The notes under the pieces were generated by a model. The model saw nothing but the letters and a program-made list of their open reading frames with translations, searched no databases and was not told the origin of the DNA. DNA of 64,000 nt, from assembly GCA_046759445.1 (NCBI GenBank), contig JBHICG010000004.1, positions 48,083-112,082 of the forward strand, written 5' to 3'. The DNA comes from Candidatus Scalinduaceae bacterium. GTDB lineage: Bacteria > Planctomycetota > Brocadiia > Brocadiales > Scalinduaceae. The position numbers and the translations under genes are program-made. Position 1 is the first letter of the stretch. Every line of letters starts with the position of its first letter. This document shows, in pieces, positions 58,241 through 64,000 of this stretch.

Positions 58241-59110
58241 ATGTCTCCTGAACAGTATACCGAATATATTACTAGGCGGTTAATGCAGGATTCTAATGGA
58301 ATATGGAGTTTTCCTGGCAGAGGCAATCTGTCTGTATCATACCCGGAAGAAGCTAATATGCGCTGCTTCATGATTGAGGACAATTCTTTCTGGTTTGAAC
58401 ATCGTAATCGTGTTATAAGCCAAGCTGTCAGTCGCTTTCCTCCTAAAGGATTAATTTTTGACGTGGGGGGAGGGAATGGTTTTGTCTCTGTTTGTTTACA
58501 GAATGATGGTTATGAATGTATATTGGTTGAACCCGGATATAATGGATGTTTGAATGCTCGTAATCGGGGCCTTAAAGCTATTTTATGTGCAACTTTTGAA
58601 GACCTTCAACTTGAAGATAATTCAGTTGATGCTGTTGGATTATTTGATGTTCTTGAACATATAGAGTTTCCTATCTTGTTTTTAAAAAACATTTGTACTA
58701 CTTTAAAGAAAGGAAAGAACATGGGTAGGCTCTATATTACTGTACCTGCCCACATGTGGCTGTGGAGTAATTACGATTCATCATCGGGGCATTTCATGAG
58801 ATATAACATTTATTCATTAAAATCAATAATCAAGAAATCAGGTTTCAAAATTGAATATTCAACATATTTTTTTTCATTTTTAAGTGGACCCATTTTCTTA
58901 TCAAGGACCATTCCCTATCTCTTTGGACTAAAAAGAAAGCTAGAAAAATCAACCCCTGTAAAAACCCGTATAGCTCAAAGACAACATGAAAAAAGAAAAG
59001 GCGTAAAAAGTTGGTTAATGAATTTTTGCTTTGAAAGGGAACTAAGACGAATAACGTATGGAAGGGTATCGCATGGCGCCAGTATCATGGCCGTTTGTAG
59101 CCCATTATAA
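58241..59110 (+). CDS. Class I SAM-dependent methyltransferase (start revised to ATG 58241)
   Basis: EDNSFWFEHRN, DVGGGNG, FDVLEHI, TVPA..WLWS..D...GH..RY. Confidence 0.85.
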   Translation: MSPEQYTEYITRRLMQDSNGIWSFPGRGNLSVSYPEEANMRCFMIEDNSFWFEHRNRVISQAVSRFPPKGLIFDVGGGNGFVSVCLQNDGYECILVEPGYNGCLNARNRGLKAILCATFEDLQLEDNSVDAVGLFDVLEHIEFPILFLKNICTTLKKGKNMGRLYITVPAHMWLWSNYDSSSGHFMRYNIYSLKSIIKKSGFKIEYSTYFFSFLSGPIFLSRTIPYLFGLKRKLEKSTPVKTRIAQRQHEKRKGVKSWLMNFCFERELRRITYGRVSHGASIMAVCSPL

Positions 59111-59118
59111 CATTGATA

Positions 59119-59254
59119 GTATAGGAATTTCCATTTTAAGTCTTTTGGAGTTAAGGCTTTAGCCTTTTAAAACGATCAAAATATATTATGAGCTTACGGT
59201 AGGAGCCGACTCCCGTTGGCGACCTTAGTCCGCCTGTAGGGCGTTAAATTTAAT
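59119..59254. repeat. Relative of the GTAG-REP insert at 23131-23305
   Basis: Shares GTATAGGAATTTC start, GGTAGGAGCC.ACTCCCGTTGGCGAC core (59198) and a GGCG.TAA..TTTAAT-like end. Confidence 0.65.
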
Positions 59255-59267
59255 GAAAAACTGAATT

Positions 59268-60413
59268 ATGGTGAAAATTCCTTTTAATAAACCCTTCATT
59301 ATTGGTAAGGAACTTTATTATATAACCAAATCGGTAATGAGCGGGCATATAGCCGGTGATGGAACATTTACTAAAAAGTGTCATCAATTGATGGAAAAAA
59401 AGTTTGATGCCAAAAGGGTGCTTTTAACGAATTCCTGTACGGCTGCGCTTGAGATGGCGGCGATTCTTTGCGAGGTTGGTATTGGCGATGAGGTGATAAT
59501 GCCGTCTTTTACGTTTGTATCCACTGCCAATGCCTTTTATCTGCGAGGGGCAAAACCGGTTTTTGTGGATATCCGCCCTGACACACTCAATATTGATGAG
59601 TCAAAGATAGGGGCTGCTATAACAGAATGCACAAAAGTGCTAGTTCCCGTTCATTATGCGGGGATCAGTTGTGAGATGGAAGCTATAAAAGATATTGCTC
59701 GAAGACATAAACTGTATGTGGTTGAAGATGTAGCTCAGGGGGTCAATGCAAAATACAAGGACAAATATCTGGGAACTATAGGAGACATTGGCGCATTCAG
59801 CTTTCATGAAACCAAGAATTATATATGTGGTGAGGGCGGAGCTATTGTCTTAAACAATGAAAAATTTATTGAACGGGCAGAGATTATTCGTGAAAAGGGA
59901 ACCAATCGAAGCAAATTCTTCCGAGGAGAAGTGGACAAATATACCTGGTTGGACATAGGATCATCCTATGTACCTTCTGATCTCTTAGCCGCCTTCCTGT
60001 ATGCACAACTTGAAAAGATGGATGAAATTGACAAGCGCCGTCGTGAGAATTTCGATTATTACTTTCAGTCCTTAACTCCTCTTGCAAACGATGGCCTTCT
60101 AAGATTGCCGGAATTTCCTCCTAAATATCGAGGCAACAACCATCTATTTTATGTCATCCTCAAAGACAGTGAAACCAGAGATGCCCTCATGAATTATTTG
60201 AGATCCAAAGGTATATTGGCGGTATTCCACTATCTTCCACTTCATCTTTCTCCTGTTGGGCTTTCTTTGGGTTACGAGGAAGGGCAATTCCCTGTGACTG
60301 AATCAATAAGTGGTCGCCTCCTTCGCCTTCCTTTCTTTTATGATTTGAAGCGAGAGGAACAAGCTGAAGTTGTGAAAGGTATTAAAAAGTTTTTTGGAAT
60401 AAAAAGAGAATAA
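59268..60413 (+). CDS. wecE: dTDP-4-amino-4,6-dideoxygalactose transaminase
   Basis: IPFNKP, SCTAALEMAA, SFHETKN..CGEGG, IREKGTNRS.FFRG.VDKYTW.DIGSSY, AVFHY.PLH. Confidence 0.92.
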   Translation: MVKIPFNKPFIIGKELYYITKSVMSGHIAGDGTFTKKCHQLMEKKFDAKRVLLTNSCTAALEMAAILCEVGIGDEVIMPSFTFVSTANAFYLRGAKPVFVDIRPDTLNIDESKIGAAITECTKVLVPVHYAGISCEMEAIKDIARRHKLYVVEDVAQGVNAKYKDKYLGTIGDIGAFSFHETKNYICGEGGAIVLNNEKFIERAEIIREKGTNRSKFFRGEVDKYTWLDIGSSYVPSDLLAAFLYAQLEKMDEIDKRRRENFDYYFQSLTPLANDGLLRLPEFPPKYRGNNHLFYVILKDSETRDALMNYLRSKGILAVFHYLPLHLSPVGLSLGYEEGQFPVTESISGRLLRLPFFYDLKREEQAEVVKGIKKFFGIKRE

Positions 60414-61592
60414 TTATGAATTCAATACATCTTTAAAAACCTTTAGATGGGCCTTTGCAGATTGCTCCCAACTAAAGTTTTTTGACCTTTCTAATCCCTT
60501 ATTTATTAGAGAAAACCTTAATGTTTCATCAGTCAGCACCTTGTATATACCTTCTGCTATACTATCCACCTTGTAAGGATCAACATAATACGCGGCATCT
60601 CCACATGCCTCTGGGAGAGAAGATGTATTGGATACAACGACAGGACAGCCACAAGCCATGGCTTCCAGAGGTGGTAATCCAAACCCCTCATAAAAAGAAG
60701 GATATATAAGACAAGAAGCCATATTCATCAAAATAGCAACATCTATATTGGGTAGATTACCAAGGAATAATACATCATCTATGTGATTAGAAAGTGATTG
60801 TAACACATCTTTATTTTTCCATCCCGGTGCCCCTGCAATAACGAGCTTAAATTCCTTTTTTGTATTAAGGCGGAGATATGCTTCGAGAAGCCCTTTTAAA
60901 TTTTTCCTCGGTTCAATGGTTCCTACATAAAATATGAATTTTTCTGGTAGTTGATACTTCTCTCTTACCCTTTCCTCTTCTTCCTTAGGGTAAATTTTGA
61001 ATATATCCCTATCTATTCCGGCGGGAATCACAATAATCATTTCCTTTTTAATACCCATTAGAGCAACTAGTTCATTCTTTATCTCTGACGATAAGACAAT
61101 CACCCGGTCTGATCGCTTCAAACCTTCATCAAAATATTTGTCAAAGTATTTTATTCTGTCCTTTGGGTGACAGTGTGGAAATTTCTTAAATGACAGGTCA
61201 CAGACAGCAGTAACAACCTTTTTGGCCCTGATATTGGTAGGTATAAAGTTGGATTCAAAGTAGAGATCAAATTCCTGCCTTTTGAGCGAGGATAATATGT
61301 CTTTACACTTTCTGCCATACGAACCGATTAGAGAGCTTTTTTTTAAATTTTCTTTCACCTTATATAAACTTCTTATAACGGAACTATCACTATAGGTATA
61401 TAGTTCTTTACTATAATAGCCATAAAAAAACGTATATTCGTTCTTTTGATCTAGTGACAAAAAAGCCCTTGATAGGTTTAGGGTATAATTGCCTATACCC
61501 GTTAAAGGAGAGAGAAGGGGTAAGGCGTTAATAACGACTTTGTTCCTTACAGATTCCGGATATTCCCTTAGTGATAACCTGTATGGTTTCAT
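60414..61592 (-). CDS. GT4 glycosyltransferase (MtfB/WbaZ-like); only minus-strand gene of the locus (start ATG 61592 or TTG 61607)
   Basis: TGIGNY, DLSF, VGTIEPRKNL, PSFYEGFGLPPLEAMACGCPV, FSW. Confidence 0.9.
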   Translation of the reverse strand: MKPYRLSLREYPESVRNKVVINALPLLSPLTGIGNYTLNLSRAFLSLDQKNEYTFFYGYYSKELYTYSDSSVIRSLYKVKENLKKSSLIGSYGRKCKDILSSLKRQEFDLYFESNFIPTNIRAKKVVTAVCDLSFKKFPHCHPKDRIKYFDKYFDEGLKRSDRVIVLSSEIKNELVALMGIKKEMIIVIPAGIDRDIFKIYPKEEEERVREKYQLPEKFIFYVGTIEPRKNLKGLLEAYLRLNTKKEFKLVIAGAPGWKNKDVLQSLSNHIDDVLFLGNLPNIDVAILMNMASCLIYPSFYEGFGLPPLEAMACGCPVVVSNTSSLPEACGDAAYYVDPYKVDSIAEGIYKVLTDETLRFSLINKGLERSKNFSWEQSAKAHLKVFKDVLNS

Positions 61593-61825
61593 GATTTTTT
61601 CTGGCAAATTTTTTATAAAAACAAAGAATAACGTATTTATGGTGTGTTTTTCAAGATATTTTTCGATTTTTTTATAAATTTATGGGAAAATAAAGTTCAG
61701 GTGATTTTAAACAATACATTGGCCAATACAGTATCAATACCTGTGCAAATCCGTGTGTAGCCCTCGATAATACACGCGGATGGGAATTTAACTCCAATAT
61801 TTGCAGTGCATCATTTGGGAAATCA

Positions 61826-61913
61826 TGGGGTTAGGAAGGGTAATGCCAGTTGGATAAAGCTTCACACCTTGAGTTCTGAGGTTATGGTTACGGGTGATAT
61901 GGATGAGAACTAA
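61826..61913 (+). pseudogene. Orphan fragment of the FG-GAP-like repeat found in the downstream protease
   Basis: Encodes VRKGNASWIKLHTLSSEVMVTGDMDEN-stop vs VRKNDAGWIQLHPSSPVSMVTGDMDGN at 63919-63999. Confidence 0.7.
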
Positions 61914-62426
61914 AGAACAAGGGTTTAAAGTTTGAAAATTAAGTATTAGGAGGAAGAAATATGCATGATAAAAAGTTTCAATTCAGAAATAACTAATTTT
62001 CTTATTTATTATTCTTGAGCTGTGTTGCAAAACACAAAATGTATAAGAATTTCAATCATAGTTTCCCCTCTTTCTAGAGGGGAGCTTTAAAGTGTTGCTG
62101 AAGGCTTAACTCGTGCATAAAACACTTACATAGAATAATGAGTACCTTTGAGACATTGTGTTAATTTAAGTAAGTTTAAGCCTAAAAATTAGACCTTCTT
62201 TACTGTTATTCTCTCTTAAAAAATCACCACAAGTGTTATAACTTTAAGGAATTACAAAATTTATTCTAAAACTATTAACTATGGTACGGTATTTGTCATA
62301 AATTTTTAAGATTTGAGACCGATAAAAAGCTTAGTATAATTATCTAACGTGGTAAAATATTTATAATGCTGTCTGTTCACATTTTCTTCTCTGTAAGCTG
62401 GTTACAGGCATCTTGCATCTAAACTA

Positions 62427-62455
62427 TTGCCACTGGCCTAATGTTATGATAGTAT
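62427..62455 (+). promoter_or_regulatory. Possible sigma70 promoter of the S8 protease
   Basis: TTGCCA-17 nt-TAGTAT with extended -10 TG. Confidence 0.4.
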
Positions 62456-62571
62456 ATTATACAAAATCCTAATGAATTCATTTTTTTTTTTAATTAAAGA
62501 GATATGGTATATTTTCTTAATTATTTATGTGTTATTCCTTATGCCATTTACTCCATAATAAAGAGTTAACG

Positions 62572-64000
62572 ATGATAAAAAACAAAAAAATATTTTGCCT
62601 ATTTATGATTATTCTTAGTGTGACCATAATGATTCAGCTTTCACATGCAGAAGGCTTACCTGAATTTGTTGAAGACGAATTACTTATCAAGTTTAAGGAC
62701 ACCGTTTCTGCTGAAAGCATCCAGACATGTGAAAATGACCACAATATAGAATTTGTTAAGGAATTTTCTCAGTTCAAGGTGTTCTTACATAGGATTAGGG
62801 ATGGAAGGGACGTAATTTCTGTCTGCAATGATCTCAATAATGATCCGAGAATCGAATATGCAGAACCAAACTACATTCAAAAGGTGGATGCAGTGCCTAA
62901 TGATCCTATGTATGATCAATTATGGGGTATGAATAATACTGGTCAGACCGGTGGTACTCCGGATGCCGATATTGATGCACCTGAGGCATGGGACATAAAT
63001 AAAGGTGGTTCTAATATTGTAGTAGGCGTTATCGATACGGGGGTGGATTATAACCATGAGGATCTGGCTGCAAATATGTGGGTCAATTCAGGCGAGATAC
63101 CTGAAAACGGGATTGATGATGACGGTAATGAGTATATTGACGACATCCATGGGATAGATGCCTTCAACAATGATGGCGATCCTTTTGATGATAATGGCCA
63201 CGGTACACATGTTTCAGGCACTATTGGCGCAGTGGGCAACAATGGCATCGGTGTGGTTGGTGTTAACTGGAATGTAAAAATCATGGCTCTGAAGTTTTTA
63301 GGCGCAGGCGGTTCAGGTTCTACTGCAGGCGCAATAGAATGCCTTGACTATGTCACCATGATGAAGAATAATTTCGGAGTTAATATAAAGCTTACTAACA
63401 ACAGTTGGGGTGGTGGTGGTTTTTCTCAGGCATTAAAAGATGCAATAGAGGCATCGGGGATATTATTCGCTGCTGCAGCCGGTAATGACGCTGTTGATAA
63501 CGACATTATTCCTCATTACCCAGCAAACTATGATTCTTCGAACATATTAGCAGTTGCATCCACCGATCATAATGACGGTTTAAGTTCTTTTTCAAATTTT
63601 GGACTACAATCAGTCGATATTGGAGCCCCTGGAAGTAGTATCTTGAGCACAAAACCAGGTAATACATACGCCGTACATAGCGGTACATCCATGGCAACAC
63701 CTCATGCCTCGGGTGTTGCAGCCTTACTTGTGGCTGCAAATCCTGCACTCAGCTTTAGTGAATTGAAGTCAAAGATTATGTCATCTACCGATCCAATTCC
63801 AGCATTAAGTGGCAAAACGGTAACTGGTGGCAGACTTAATGCCCAATCAGCACTTATTGTATTTTCTAATATTGGCGATGAAGTTATAATAGACTTTGGT
63901 CCTGGTACTGGTATATGGGTGAGGAAGAACGATGCCGGTTGGATACAGCTTCACCCCTCTAGTCCTGTGAGTATGGTTACGGGGGATATGGATGGGAACG
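62572..64000 (+). CDS. Secreted S8 (subtilisin-like) serine protease with prodomain and C-terminal FG-GAP-like repeat; runs off window; absent from ORF track
   Basis: My translation: MIKNKKIFCLF... signal peptide, EYAEPNY prodomain end, VIDTG (Asp), HGTHVSG (His), GTSMATPH (Ser), then DEVIIDFGPGTGIWVR...TGDMDGN. Confidence 0.93.
   Translation, partial: MIKNKKIFCLFMIILSVTIMIQLSHAEGLPEFVEDELLIKFKDTVSAESIQTCENDHNIEFVKEFSQFKVFLHRIRDGRDVISVCNDLNNDPRIEYAEPNYIQKVDAVPNDPMYDQLWGMNNTGQTGGTPDADIDAPEAWDINKGGSNIVVGVIDTGVDYNHEDLAANMWVNSGEIPENGIDDDGNEYIDDIHGIDAFNNDGDPFDDNGHGTHVSGTIGAVGNNGIGVVGVNWNVKIMALKFLGAGGSGSTAGAIECLDYVTMMKNNFGVNIKLTNNSWGGGGFSQALKDAIEASGILFAAAAGNDAVDNDIIPHYPANYDSSNILAVASTDHNDGLSSFSNFGLQSVDIGAPGSSILSTKPGNTYAVHSGTSMATPHASGVAALLVAANPALSFSELKSKIMSSTDPIPALSGKTVTGGRLNAQSALIVFSNIGDEVIIDFGPGTGIWVRKNDAGWIQLHPSSPVSMVTGDMDGN

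Noticed and set aside
9313..59254. CRISPR array from the recurring palindromes
   Set aside because: Repeats are dispersed or nested, not regularly spaced with unique spacers; no cas genes
62064..62083. Hairpin TCCCCTCT-TTCT-AGAGGGGA as a terminator
   Set aside because: No convincing U-tract and not near a gene 3' end; more likely a solitary REP-like palindrome
62282..62297. Sigma54 promoter TGGTACG-N4-TTGT
   Set aside because: The -12 element reads GT rather than the conserved GC
39750..62491. Phase-variable poly-T tracts (T10 at 39750, T11 at 62481)
   Set aside because: T runs are expected in this AT-rich, Phe-rich sequence; the reading frame at 39750 is intact and no variation data are available
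732..63748. Numerous short minus-strand and alternate-frame ORFs in the track
   Set aside because: Shadows of longer genes with clear family motifs; no independent coding evidence

Overview
AT-rich bacterial window dominated by one very large, almost entirely plus-strand cell-surface glycosylation locus (~0.9-61.6 kb). It is bounded by a partial phosphopentomutase (deoB) on the left and a partial secreted S8 subtilisin on the right. The locus has a conventional Wzx/Wzy-type core: a WcaJ/WbaP-like initiating transferase, GT4s, a flippase and an O-antigen ligase/polymerase-like protein. Around that core is an unusual expansion: ten GT-C-fold (PMT/ArnT/YfhO-like) membrane glycosyltransferases, six probable polyprenyl-phosphate sugar donor synthases (2 UbiA-family phosphoribosyltransferases, 4 DPM-synthase/ArnC-like GT2s) and eight radical SAM enzymes (4 B12-binding type, 4 SPASM/twitch type). 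These are arranged in recurring, often translationally coupled donor synthase / radical SAM / GT-C modules. My main inference is a modular system that makes radical-SAM-modified, lipid-linked sugars and attaches them to a surface glycan, lipid or protein. Intergenic gaps carry several families of REP/MITE-like palindromic elements, some nested. Other oddities are a stand-alone subtilisin prodomain, a divergent clan GH-A-like hydrolase, a near-identical 100-bp internal repeat in a 1,300-aa GT-C, and an orphan fragment of the protease C-terminal repeat. No rRNA, tRNA, CRISPR array or intact transposase was seen. All family calls are from motif recognition by eye; no database search was run.
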